The translations under genes and the position numbers were made by a program. The notes under the pieces are model-generated. The model did not search any database and was not told the DNA's origin. It was given only the letters and a program-made list of their open reading frames with translations. From IMG/VR virus record IMGVR_UViG_3300020474_000006, positions 1 to 64,000 of that record: a DNA stretch of 64,000 bases. One strand, 5' to 3'. Shown here piece by piece: positions 1 to 8,827 of the stretch. Position 1 is the stretch's first letter. Every line of letters begins with the position of its first letter. The stretch comes from an uncultured virus (IMG/VR IMGVR_UViG_3300020474_000006) (lineage: Duplodnaviria > Heunggongvirae > Uroviricota > Caudoviricetes > Kyanoviridae).

Positions 1-47
1 ACTCCTTCTACAAATTCAAGGTACTTTTCGGTATCAACTTTAGTCAT
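1..47 (-). CDS. mazG: 5' end of probable MazG-type nucleotide pyrophosphohydrolase (runs off window)
   Basis: Read manually: ATG at 47 gives MTKVDTEKYLEFVEG..., overlapping the upstream stop. Resembles cyanophage MazG N-termini and sits at the usual position after gp41. Only 15 codons are visible. Confidence 0.5.
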   Translation of the reverse strand, partial: MTKVDTEKYLEFVEG

Positions 48-384
48 GAAAATCAGGGATAAATGGTTCTTGGCAATCTTCGGGGAGTTGTTTGGTTTGT
101 TTTTTCTTATTATTGAATTCGACGAATATCTCATCAAATTCTTCATCAGAAACTTCTTTCCAACTACCACCAACACCACCGTCCATATTGACGACGATAT
201 CTTTTGTAGGTAATTGCTTAGCAGAGGTAACATTAACAATGTCACCAGGCAGAGGAATGAAAGTAAAATAGTGTCCGTCCCAACGACGGTTTCTCATACT
301 CATGAGATTGACTGCATCTCTTTCGATGCCACAGTCAGCAATCTTTTCACCTCTGGGATTGAATACAGAATAGTAACCTCTCAT
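40..384 (-). CDS. hypothetical phage protein
   Basis: 114-aa ORF whose ATGA overlaps the gp41 stop; fills the gap to the next gene. Confidence 0.75.
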   Translation of the reverse strand: MRGYYSVFNPRGEKIADCGIERDAVNLMSMRNRRWDGHYFTFIPLPGDIVNVTSAKQLPTKDIVVNMDGGVGGSWKEVSDEEFDEIFVEFNNKKKQTKQLPEDCQEPFIPDFHD

Positions 385-1760
385 GAGAACTTAAATCCCT
401 CAAATGATTTTTTTGGTTTTGCTTCCTCGTTATTATACTCTTCTTCTCTACCACTGTCAAGGATGTCATCTTGTGCAGACTGTTCACAATCATACAAACG
501 CATCTTGGCACGGTCAATACCAACCACAAACCTCTTGGAGATGGTTGGATCATTATATCTATTCTTCAATTGCTTCACCATAATTTGCCCGAGTCCTTCA
601 AGATCTTCAGTTGAAATAAGGGCAAACATAAGATCAGCAGTAGCAGGGAGACCAAAGGACTCACTAGTATCAGTAAGCTCAACATCACTGCTACCATAAC
701 CAGAACGAGTGGTCTGGGTGGCAGATACGATAGGGACGTTTGCTTCGCAAGCGAGTCCTCTAAGTTCTTCAGCAATAGCCTTGACAACTGTATATGAATT
801 GACATTGCTACCAGCGCGATATCTTTCGGAAGCACATATATTAAGGTAATCAACAAAAATAATATCAGGTCTAAATGACTTCTTAAGTGCAAGTTCATTA
901 AGAAGTGCCCTAAAGTGTCCACTATGTGCGCTTGCAGTTGGGTATTCTTTAATTATAAGAGAACCTTGAGTTTTTTGAGATAGTTTTGTTACCTTTTCAT
1001 CAAACATTACTTTCGGAAGTTCGGTTATCTCCTGAATAGGTACATTGAGTAAGTTAGCATCAATTCGCTCCGCAATTTTCTCTTCAGCCATTTCAGCCGT
1101 GATGTATAATACATTTTTCCCTCCCAAGAGTGCGGCAGCTGCAACATGACACATAAACAAACTTTTGCCGACACCAGTGCCAGCGAGAGCAATGTTAAGT
1201 GTTTTATTCGGGAGACCACCCTTCGTAATTTTGTTGAAATACTCAAGGTCGAATGGGATTTTATCTTCTTTGCGGTGGTATGATTCATATCTTGCCTCAT
1301 AATCAAGTAGGTAGTCATGTCCTACGTGAGCATCAAAAGAAACTGCCAGAGCTTCTGATAGAATACTAGGGATTGCATCACGGTCTTTCTTATCATCTTT
1401 TCCATCGGCAAGAGCAATGGATTCCATCAGTGCCAAATAGATGGCACGATCTCGACACCACTTCTCTGTGGTATCACATAACCAATCATAGTCAGTGGCA
1501 ACATCTTCAAGGTAACTAATAAGTTTAGTCACTTCAGTAAAAGAAGTATCAGTGATGTCCTGACGTTTCTCTACCTCAATACACAGAACTTCTTTTGTTG
1601 CAGGTTTATTATACTCTGTGACAAATTTTACAATCTCATCAAAAGTAATTCTCTGATGTGGATCCTCAAAGTAATCCGTCTTTATAAAAGGTATCACCTT
1701 ACGAAGATACTCCTCATTATAAAGAAGATTTCTTAAAATTAGGATTTCAACTTTGTCCAT
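381..1760 (-). CDS. gp41: replicative DNA helicase (T4 gp41-like, DnaB family)
   Basis: Walker A ALAGTGVGKS, IFVDYLN, SATQTTR, LKNRY; likely start MDKVEILILRNLL at 1760. Confidence 0.97.
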   Translation of the reverse strand: MDKVEILILRNLLYNEEYLRKVIPFIKTDYFEDPHQRITFDEIVKFVTEYNKPATKEVLCIEVEKRQDITDTSFTEVTKLISYLEDVATDYDWLCDTTEKWCRDRAIYLALMESIALADGKDDKKDRDAIPSILSEALAVSFDAHVGHDYLLDYEARYESYHRKEDKIPFDLEYFNKITKGGLPNKTLNIALAGTGVGKSLFMCHVAAAALLGGKNVLYITAEMAEEKIAERIDANLLNVPIQEITELPKVMFDEKVTKLSQKTQGSLIIKEYPTASAHSGHFRALLNELALKKSFRPDIIFVDYLNICASERYRAGSNVNSYTVVKAIAEELRGLACEANVPIVSATQTTRSGYGSSDVELTDTSESFGLPATADLMFALISTEDLEGLGQIMVKQLKNRYNDPTISKRFVVGIDRAKMRLYDCEQSAQDDILDSGREEEYNNEEAKPKKSFEGFKFS

Positions 1761-2289
1761 GCGGAATATCAAATACGAAGGTTATACGTGTTTCATCACC
1801 GATATTAACGGTGCCATGAGGTAGTTTATTATTAAACCAAAGGAGAGTTCCTGGTTCAACAATGGCAGTTTCTTTGCCACAGAAATATTGATACCTTCCA
1901 AGTATTGAAAGGTGATATCTGTTTCTGCTCAGATAGTATGTGCCCTCGTCAACATGTGATCCTACAATTTCATCGATAGGAAGTGAAAGAAAACCGCATC
2001 TGTGAATGTCTGCATTCTTAAAGTACTTGCGTATGATCTTTCGGATTTCACTATGATGTGCATAAGCAGGAGTTTTGATGTTAATCTCAGAGTCTCCAAC
2101 AAAGTCTTCTTTGGTTTTGACTCCACCCATTATAAGTTGAAGTGCGCTGGTTGGCAAGTCTGCAAACCCCCTATCAACTAAAGACTGGGAGTCCTTCAGA
2201 TTTTTCTGATGGTCCCAGTCCTGTGGATATTTCTTGAGTTGTTCAATAACTGTGGATACGTTGATTCCAGTTTTAATAACCTTAATCAT
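1747..2289 (-). CDS. 2OG-Fe(II) oxygenase, Asp/Asn beta-hydroxylase-like
   Basis: HxD (SHVDEG), RYHLSI, WFNNKLPH, R-I-T-F-V-F-D at the C-terminus. Confidence 0.85.
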   Translation of the reverse strand: MIKVIKTGINVSTVIEQLKKYPQDWDHQKNLKDSQSLVDRGFADLPTSALQLIMGGVKTKEDFVGDSEINIKTPAYAHHSEIRKIIRKYFKNADIHRCGFLSLPIDEIVGSHVDEGTYYLSRNRYHLSILGRYQYFCGKETAIVEPGTLLWFNNKLPHGTVNIGDETRITFVFDIPHGQS

Positions 2290-2804
2290 TAAATCTCTTG
2301 TTTATATTTTTTCCTGTTAGGTTCGTTGTCTTTTGGAACTACCCACATAAGATTGTCTCCATGATTATTCAATGGATCGGCATCAATATGATCCACAAGA
2401 GCAGTATCACGAATCCATTGTTTAGCAGACTCAGGACAAATATCCCAATCTTTTTTGGGGATTGGGGGGTATTCATCGATAGTTTTCCAGGATTCTGCAA
2501 CAGCACGATGAACTGCTATTGTCATTTTCTGAGGTCCTCCTTCATAATTTCTACGAAATACAAAGTCATCAAATAAATTTTCTGGAATATAAACATCAAA
2601 TTTAAGACAAGTGAGAACTTGACTTCCATCCGCATTAAATCTAGGTTTATTAATTAACGATAGAAATTTATTACTCTTTTTACTATAAATTCTACCATCA
2701 TAAGAAACAAAATAATCAGGTATAATTTTACCATATCTAATTAATGGTTTAAATTCTTCTTGATTCGGAAAATCATTCCCATACAAGATATCAATAATAC
2801 TCAT
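2289..2804 (-). CDS. free-standing HNH homing-endonuclease-like protein
   Basis: N-terminal YFVSYDGRIYS (NUMOD4-like); VHRAVAE; VDHIDADPLNNHGDNLMWV HNH motif. Confidence 0.85.
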   Translation of the reverse strand: MSIIDILYGNDFPNQEEFKPLIRYGKIIPDYFVSYDGRIYSKKSNKFLSLINKPRFNADGSQVLTCLKFDVYIPENLFDDFVFRRNYEGGPQKMTIAVHRAVAESWKTIDEYPPIPKKDWDICPESAKQWIRDTALVDHIDADPLNNHGDNLMWVVPKDNEPNRKKYKQEI

Positions 2805-2816
2805 TACTTACCTTTA

Positions 2817-3821
2817 CTAAGATCCATAACTAAACTCCTCCTTTGCAATTGCATCAAGTTTCTCCATTACCTCTGGTGTGAAGTATGCTTCTGGGTCTTT
2901 ATAGATTGCTTTGGCGTAGACTTTCTTACCATCTATCTCATAACGACCTGCAACATTTTTCCAGAGACCTCCCAGTTCACCCAACTCAAGAAGACCATAA
3001 TATCGATCAAGACCACGCTCATCGTAATACAAACGTATGGTAACATCTTTGTTCTCCTTACTTAAACGTGACTTTGCTGTCTTAGCTTTAATAAGATTTC
3101 CAATGACTTCTGTTCCATCCTTCTCTTTCTTTTTGCTGAGATAAATGATTGTAGACGCTGCATATTTGAGACCGCTGCCTCCGCCCATTTCTTTGGTGGG
3201 AACGTATGATCCGATGACATCATAGGTATGATTGGTGACGATTAATGGAATTTTTGCTTGACCAAGTTTGAGTGTAAGCATACGGAATGCTCCCTTAACA
3301 AGTTGAGATTTGGTCATGTCCCTGACTTGCTTATCGTCTAAAGCATCACGAATCTCCTTCTCTGTGGAAAGCATACCAAGAGAGTCTAACACAAACATGC
3401 AGGGTCTGCGTTCTTCTTCAGATTTTTTTAAGTATATGTCTACTGCCTTCAGTGCCTTAGTTCTAAACTCCTCAATGGTAACAACATTAACCACCACCAG
3501 GCGATCCATGTCTACCCCACGACTTGCGATAAGACCCTTGTTGACAGCGGCTTCAGTGTCAAAATATAGACAATAACCATCAGGATTAGAATCAAGGAAA
3601 TTCTTGACGACTGCCAGGCTGAAGAAAGTTTTTCCAGTGCTAGACTCGCCAGCAATGGCAGTAATCTTATTCCCAGATACGCCACCAAATATACTACCTG
3701 AACAAAGTCCGTTAAAGATGTACGAACCTGTGTCCACGAAAGTTTCTGTGTCGTCGATGTCTCTTGCGAGTTTGGTATAGTCATCTCCAATCTCTTTTAC
3801 AATCTCTTTTAAAAAATCCAT
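2817..3821 (-). CDS. uvsX: RecA-like recombinase UvsX
   Basis: GESSTGKT Walker A, FVLDSLGML, MGGGSGLKYAAS. Confidence 0.97.
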   Translation of the reverse strand: MDFLKEIVKEIGDDYTKLARDIDDTETFVDTGSYIFNGLCSGSIFGGVSGNKITAIAGESSTGKTFFSLAVVKNFLDSNPDGYCLYFDTEAAVNKGLIASRGVDMDRLVVVNVVTIEEFRTKALKAVDIYLKKSEEERRPCMFVLDSLGMLSTEKEIRDALDDKQVRDMTKSQLVKGAFRMLTLKLGQAKIPLIVTNHTYDVIGSYVPTKEMGGGSGLKYAASTIIYLSKKKEKDGTEVIGNLIKAKTAKSRLSKENKDVTIRLYYDERGLDRYYGLLELGELGGLWKNVAGRYEIDGKKVYAKAIYKDPEAYFTPEVMEKLDAIAKEEFSYGS

Positions 3822-3991
3822 TACAGTACAAATCCAAATTTTTCACGGGCAATTTTTTTGTAAGGTCCACCAGGATTCTCCTCACGAATCTCCTTAATAG
3901 TTTTTAATTTTTGATAAAGAGAAGTATCTCCTCCAAGTCGAAGAGCACCCACAATTGTTGCTAGTTCTTTATCAGTGATAGGCAGGTCCAT
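3821..3991 (-). CDS. small hypothetical protein (56 aa)
   Basis: MDLPITDKEL...; TAATG overlaps at both ends (gp43 stop and uvsX start). Confidence 0.7.
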   Translation of the reverse strand: MDLPITDKELATIVGALRLGGDTSLYQKLKTIKEIREENPGGPYKKIAREKFGFVL

Positions 3992-6486
3992 TAGGAGAAA
4001 AATAGTTCTAGGTTTACAGTTTTTTCGACATTCCAACCGATAGCATCAAGGATTGCTTTCAGTGGTTCGACAAAGGACTTTTCAAATTGTAAGTCATAGT
4101 CGATGTACTTGTCAAGATCAAGTTCATGTGGAAAATCTTGAATGAATGAGATAATATTCTCATGAATAATATTTGGTTTTTTCAAATAACAAAATTTAAT
4201 TTTCTCACCATTCTGAATCAAAGAATATTTGTTAGTGAGTTTTTTCTCTTTAATGTAATGATTATAGAGAAGTGCTCCACGACAATGAATCGGGGTTCCC
4301 TTAGCATATATGTCAGAAGAAGATTTATACTTCACAACATCTGATACTGAACGAGGGAATGAGATTTGTTCGGGAGGAAGTTTCTTAAACTCTGCGCGGG
4401 ACTTATCAATAAACTCAATAACGTCATCTTCAGTGCCAGTCATCATCAACTTCAAGGCGTCCTTAATCATCTTCCTACACGGAGCAGGTGTAGATGATTT
4501 AACTGCCTCAATACCCATCATCTTAAGTTTAGGGTCTTCATATCGAACACCTTCACTATCCCACACGTTAAGAATGTATCGCTTCTTCGCAGTCCAGATG
4601 CCACGATCAGCAATATTCTCACGCTTCATTTGCATTTTCTGGTCATACGCCGATACATACGTCGCCAGTTCGCTGTAGCACTGGTCAATGTACGGTTCCA
4701 ATTTGTCACTACAGACCATATCAAGTAACTCCACAACTTTTGCTTTGTCGCTAGACTTATTAGCAAAAAATTTATCAACAAGAGGTCCAAGATTAAGATA
4801 AATTGAATCTGTGTCAGATGCAATTACGTAGTCCTCGTCGATTGTAGACAACAGTTTATTTAGATACTGATTCATCTTACTCTCAATCCAACGGATAGAG
4901 ACTTGACCAGAAAGCGTAATCGCCTCCGCATTGGCCAGTTTATAGTACCTAAAATACTGATTACCGATAGCACCATAAGCAGAGTTGAGTGAAATTTTCT
5001 TAGCCATCTGGATATTGTTGCACCGGGCAATCTCCTTTTCCAGTGTCTTAGTAGGTGTCTTCTCATATTCTTGCTTTGCCTGAAGCATTCTCTTCTTAAA
5101 GATTACACGATCTCCATACATTTTTTCCATGAGTTCTGGTAGGAACCCACGAACATCTTTACGATACATGGCACCATTTGCACACACCGCATTATCCTTA
5201 TACAACTCAAAGTTTATCTCTTCATTAAGTATTTTATCAACGGTAGCTGTTGGATGTCGCTCATCAAGGAGCGTCTCTGGAGAGATATTATACTGCATAA
5301 TAAGATGAGGGTAGAGAGAGTTAAGGTCAAAACTGACAACCCAATCATACTTTCCTGGAATTGGTTCCTTGACATAAGCACCAGCGTACTTTTCGTTTTT
5401 GTCAGACCTAATCTTGGGAGGGATAACAATATCCCGTTTCTTCAGATAATTATAGATGATATTGTCCCACATACGGACCTGATAGAACACATCTGCATAG
5501 TTGACCTTGGCATCATAGGCCATAGTCAATGCAAGTTCAATCAGTTTCATCTTGTCTTCCAAACGGTCAACAAGTTCTACGTCAACGATGTTATATTCAA
5601 TAAACTTCTGCCAACCCTTGGTATAGAAATCTTTAAAGGTATCAAACTCAGAGTGATCTAGTTTCTTTTGACCTAACTCCACCTCAGCTATGTAGTCAAG
5701 ACGATATGACTCTTGTGCTTTATATGTAAACTTCTTATACAAATCAAGATAGTCAAGTTGAGTCAATCCACCAACATCAAATACGATTTGCTTTCTACCT
5801 TGAATATAAATTTCTCCTTCAGTTACAAGACCCCAATTAGAGAAACGCTTCATTAACTTCTCTCCAAGCACCCTGTTAAGACGCTTACAGATGTACGGAA
5901 TATCGAACATCTGAATGTTCCATCCAGTCACAACATCAGGAACATCTTGCATCCAATAATTAATGAAGTGACTTAGTAACTCATGTTCTGTTGGACAATG
6001 ATGATATGTTACATTCTTCTGCTTATTAAGAAAAGGTTTAACACCCCAAGTAACTATTTGCTTGGTAGTATAATCCTGAATAGTAATCGCAAGAATTTCT
6101 TCTGAGGCAGACTCCACGTTTGGAAATCCATGCTCAGCAGTTGTCTCAATATCAAGAGTTACCAATTTTATTTGACTAATGTCAAACTTAATCTCATTTT
6201 CAGGATACTTCTCAGAAATATATTGATAGATGTATCGATCATTACCATAGATCTCAAATCCATCAACTTCATCATACTTCTTGTAGAACTCACGACAATC
6301 GCGAACACTACCAGGATGAATCTCTTCTACAGGTTCTCCACTTAATGTTCGATACTTTGAATCTCTCTTAGATTTCACAAATAAGGTAGGAAAGAATTCA
6401 TCTCTGTGTTCATACCTCCTACCATTCTCAACTCCTCGAATAAGGAACTGATTTCCAATCAACTGAACATTAGTGTAGAAACGCAT
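3991..6486 (-). CDS. gp43: family B DNA polymerase (T4 gp43-like)
   Basis: Exo I LDIET, SFDLNSLYP, KISLNSAYG, SDTDS; 831 aa, uninterrupted. Confidence 0.98.
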   Translation of the reverse strand: MRFYTNVQLIGNQFLIRGVENGRRYEHRDEFFPTLFVKSKRDSKYRTLSGEPVEEIHPGSVRDCREFYKKYDEVDGFEIYGNDRYIYQYISEKYPENEIKFDISQIKLVTLDIETTAEHGFPNVESASEEILAITIQDYTTKQIVTWGVKPFLNKQKNVTYHHCPTEHELLSHFINYWMQDVPDVVTGWNIQMFDIPYICKRLNRVLGEKLMKRFSNWGLVTEGEIYIQGRKQIVFDVGGLTQLDYLDLYKKFTYKAQESYRLDYIAEVELGQKKLDHSEFDTFKDFYTKGWQKFIEYNIVDVELVDRLEDKMKLIELALTMAYDAKVNYADVFYQVRMWDNIIYNYLKKRDIVIPPKIRSDKNEKYAGAYVKEPIPGKYDWVVSFDLNSLYPHLIMQYNISPETLLDERHPTATVDKILNEEINFELYKDNAVCANGAMYRKDVRGFLPELMEKMYGDRVIFKKRMLQAKQEYEKTPTKTLEKEIARCNNIQMAKKISLNSAYGAIGNQYFRYYKLANAEAITLSGQVSIRWIESKMNQYLNKLLSTIDEDYVIASDTDSIYLNLGPLVDKFFANKSSDKAKVVELLDMVCSDKLEPYIDQCYSELATYVSAYDQKMQMKRENIADRGIWTAKKRYILNVWDSEGVRYEDPKLKMMGIEAVKSSTPAPCRKMIKDALKLMMTGTEDDVIEFIDKSRAEFKKLPPEQISFPRSVSDVVKYKSSSDIYAKGTPIHCRGALLYNHYIKEKKLTNKYSLIQNGEKIKFCYLKKPNIIHENIISFIQDFPHELDLDKYIDYDLQFEKSFVEPLKAILDAIGWNVEKTVNLELFFS

Positions 6487-6746
6487 TACTTAGTGAGTTC
6501 TTCGTACTTTTCAACTAGGGTGGGCATGGGTTCTGTAAGAGTAACAATCTTATCAGAACTAATCATAAATTCGTCTTGACGAGATACATTTAGTAACCAG
6601 GGTTCCAATGTTCCATCATCCTTTAACAAGAAAGGATTAGTCATTTTACAATCAGGTTCTCCGATATCTGCTCCTACTTCGTCAATCTGAGTTATCAGAA
6701 TCTGACCCGTCGTCAGTAGTAGTGCTTTTATTGTTGTCTTTTCCAT
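6486..6746 (-). CDS. hypothetical protein, Sm-like fold candidate
   Basis: IKALLLTTGQILIT...NPF...EPWL; stop overlaps the gp43 start. Confidence 0.75.
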   Translation of the reverse strand: MEKTTIKALLLTTGQILITQIDEVGADIGEPDCKMTNPFLLKDDGTLEPWLLNVSRQDEFMISSDKIVTLTEPMPTLVEKYEELTK

Positions 6747-7065
6747 AACTTACAATGTCCTCAATGTACATTTCTTTTAATTTGAATGCTGGTTCTACCA
6801 TTGTCACCAACCAATCAGATGGGATGGGAACAGTTTCTTCAGCAGATAAAGGAATCCAAGGGAATAAAGATACTTCGTATCCCGCTTTTTTTGTATTTCC
6901 CTTCTGAAGTTCTGGAATGACATTAGGGTCTCTCATCTTAATTACACACGGGCGATTAAGATAATAACCAACTACTCTACGAGCATCATCCTCACCTACA
7001 GTCATCTCTTTGACATCTGCGATCATGTCTTCTCCCGATTTTAGGAGTATTAGTTTAATTGCCAT
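6682..7065 (-). CDS. hypothetical protein, Sm-like fold candidate
   Basis: IKLILLKSGEDMIA...RP...FPWIP; directly downstream of a consensus sigma70 promoter. Confidence 0.8.
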   Translation of the reverse strand: MAIKLILLKSGEDMIADVKEMTVGEDDARRVVGYYLNRPCVIKMRDPNVIPELQKGNTKKAGYEVSLFPWIPLSAEETVPIPSDWLVTMVEPAFKLKEMYIEDIVSYGKDNNKSTTTDDGSDSDNSD

Positions 7066-7086
7066 TAGTCAGTTTTTCCTTCAGTA

Positions 7087-7115
7087 ATTATAGCAAGAAA
7101 AAAGAGGGGTGTCAA
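7087..7115 (-). promoter_or_regulatory. sigma70-type promoter for the Sm-like/gp43/uvsX/gp41 operon
   Basis: TTGACA-17 nt-TATAAT, perfect consensus on the minus strand. Confidence 0.9.
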
Positions 7116-7138
7116 CTGGATTTTGCCAGTTACCCCTC
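7098..7138 (-). terminator. intrinsic terminator after purC, overlapping the promoter
   Basis: GAGGGGT-AACTGG-caaaat-CCAGTT-gac-ACCCCTC followed by T6. Confidence 0.8.
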
Positions 7139-7166
7139 CGTCTGCGGCGACGATATTCAATTCTAT

Positions 7167-7865
7167 TTATTGGATTGCCAGTGGTTGCAATCGGTCAAGG
7201 ATCTCACGATAAGCAGGAACGATATCTCCTTCATCCTTTCGGAACAAATCCTTATCAAATCTTTTATCACTACCAATCTTCCATAGTCTCATACTGTCAG
7301 GACTAATCTCATCGGCAAGATACAAATCACCATGAGCATCATAACCATACTCAACTTTAAAATCTACTAGATCAATACCCAAGATGTAGAACATCTGACG
7401 AAGGTAATCATTAATCCGCAAGGTTATCTCAATAAAAGGTTCTGGGTCATATCCCATCAGACGCACACGATCTGGTGTAAGTAGAGGATCGTGCTTGGTA
7501 TCATCCTTTAAAAAGAATTCTACAATCGGTTGTGGTAGTGGAACTCCTTCTTTCAGAGTTGTCTCACGAACAATAGACCCAGCAGCACGATTACGACAGA
7601 TAACTTCTAGTGGAACGATATCTACCTTCTTACAAATCATCTTGTTAGCACCAACCATATTAATATAATGAGTTGGGATGTGTTCCTTGGCAAGTTTCTC
7701 AAAGATGATAGATGAGATACTACAGCAAAGAGATCCTTTTCCTAAAGGATGGTCTTCCTTCTCTCCGTTCCCTGCAGTGACTTTATCATGATACTCAATG
7801 ATGACTTGCTCTGCATCATCACCTTGATATACGGTTTTTACCTTTCCTTCGGTAATTACTTCCAT
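7167..7865 (-). CDS. purC: SAICAR synthetase (auxiliary metabolic gene)
   Basis: EGKVKTVY, PLEVICRNRAAGS, VEFFLKDD..HDP, LVDFKVEYG, LADEISPDSMRLW, DKDLFR. Confidence 0.96.
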   Translation of the reverse strand: MEVITEGKVKTVYQGDDAEQVIIEYHDKVTAGNGEKEDHPLGKGSLCCSISSIIFEKLAKEHIPTHYINMVGANKMICKKVDIVPLEVICRNRAAGSIVRETTLKEGVPLPQPIVEFFLKDDTKHDPLLTPDRVRLMGYDPEPFIEITLRINDYLRQMFYILGIDLVDFKVEYGYDAHGDLYLADEISPDSMRLWKIGSDKRFDKDLFRKDEGDIVPAYREILDRLQPLAIQ

Positions 7866-7901
7866 AAAAAAGAGGGTGTTTTATCACCCCCTAGTATACC
7901 A
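7866..7901 (-). terminator. terminator-like hairpin after hsp20 with overlapping extended -10 for purC
   Basis: TGG-TATACT, then GGGTG-ataaaa-CACCC-TC-T6 immediately before the purC ATG. Confidence 0.6.
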
Positions 7902-7911
7902 CATATATCAG

Positions 7912-8346
7912 TTAAAACCAATCTTTTCTTTTATGTGCCTCAGGAACCACTTTACCAAGTGTAACACTCAGCAACCCATCCTCAAAGCTAACTGATCTAA
8001 CTTCCGTCTCGTCACTGAGGGTCCATGATCTAGTGAAAGATCTCTGAGCCACTCCTCTATGGACGTATTCTGTTCCAGTTTCTCCATCTTCCCTTTGTCC
8101 TTCGACAAAGAGTTTTCCGTCTTGTGTGTAGACATTGACTTGCTTCTTTTTAAATCCTGCTAGTGCTAGTTCCAGTCTAGACTCTACGTTGCTGACTGTC
8201 ACTAGGTTATATGGCGGATAGTTGGAAGTTGTTTCGTGAAGGTCAAACAACCTACCAAAGTATTCGTCCATACCAATACTATTCCTATTTATTCGTTCTA
8301 GCAACTGCGGTAAATCGGCAGCACTGTATCGTGTGAGGTTTCCCAT
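7912..8346 (-). CDS. hsp20: small heat-shock protein Hsp20 (IbpA-like)
   Basis: NYPPYNL, LALAGF, YVHRGVAQRSF, FEDGLLSVTL; start MGNLTRY with SD AAGGAG. Confidence 0.96.
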   Translation of the reverse strand: MGNLTRYSAADLPQLLERINRNSIGMDEYFGRLFDLHETTSNYPPYNLVTVSNVESRLELALAGFKKKQVNVYTQDGKLFVEGQREDGETGTEYVHRGVAQRSFTRSWTLSDETEVRSVSFEDGLLSVTLGKVVPEAHKRKDWF

Positions 8347-8353
8347 CTGTACT

Positions 8354-8400
8354 TCTCCTTTTAAAGCGAGATTTGATTGTGTGGACCCCGAAGGCATCCA
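8354..8400 (-). promoter_or_regulatory. structured hsp20 5' leader, ROSE-like RNA thermometer candidate
   Basis: UUCG-capped hairpin (8382-8400), then UCUCGCUU-uaa-AAGGAGA pairing over the SD with a bulged G. Confidence 0.65.
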
Positions 8401-8404
8401 GGTT

Positions 8405-8412
8405 TATTTATA
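8405..8412 (-). promoter_or_regulatory. T4-type late promoter (hsp20)
   Basis: TATAAATA exact. Confidence 0.85.
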
Positions 8413-8449
8413 ACATAACACAAAAAAGTGAGTGTGGAAAACTCTACCT

Positions 8450-8457
8450 TATAAATA
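8450..8457 (+). promoter_or_regulatory. T4-type late promoter for the plus-strand insert
   Basis: TATAAATA exact, divergent from the hsp20 promoter. Confidence 0.8.
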
Positions 8458-8511
8458 AACACGGGATTGTCACACACTCACACTCCCATACGTTCAATTA
8501 CCAGTAAGAAT

Positions 8512-8823
8512 ATGAGCAATGCTTTTGAACTGCGTTTGCAGTTGTTTCAAGAAGCCAGAGATTATCTTGTGGCACAATTTGATAGAGATGTCTTAGAATG
8601 GGACAGAAAAAATCAAGAAAAGATTGACATCGAAAATAAGTACTCCAATGATTGGGGTAGATATGATGCCTTAAAAGATGAGGGAAAAGTATCAGTTGAT
8701 GAATATCCCATCTGTCCAGACCCAATTATACTTCAAGAATATCCAAAGTATCCATCAAGAGAAGATATTCTTGATATGGCGTCTTTTATCAGAGATTTTA
8801 CCAACGACAAAGGTGAGGAGTAA
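8512..8823 (+). CDS. hypothetical phage protein (103 aa), counter-oriented
   Basis: MSNAFELRLQLFQEARDYL...YPSREDILDMASFIRDF; own late promoter; occupies the gap between hsp20 and regA. Confidence 0.8.
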   Translation: MSNAFELRLQLFQEARDYLVAQFDRDVLEWDRKNQEKIDIENKYSNDWGRYDALKDEGKVSVDEYPICPDPIILQEYPKYPSREDILDMASFIRDFTNDKGEE

Positions 8824-8827
8824 TGTC

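Noticed and set aside
214..699. 161-aa plus-strand ORF and similar antisense ORFs throughout
   Set aside because: They are shadows of well-supported minus-strand genes.
3991..6486. Intein or intron in gp43 (also gp41, gp17, uvsX)
   Set aside because: Lengths are typical, motifs are contiguous, and there are no splice-junction motifs.
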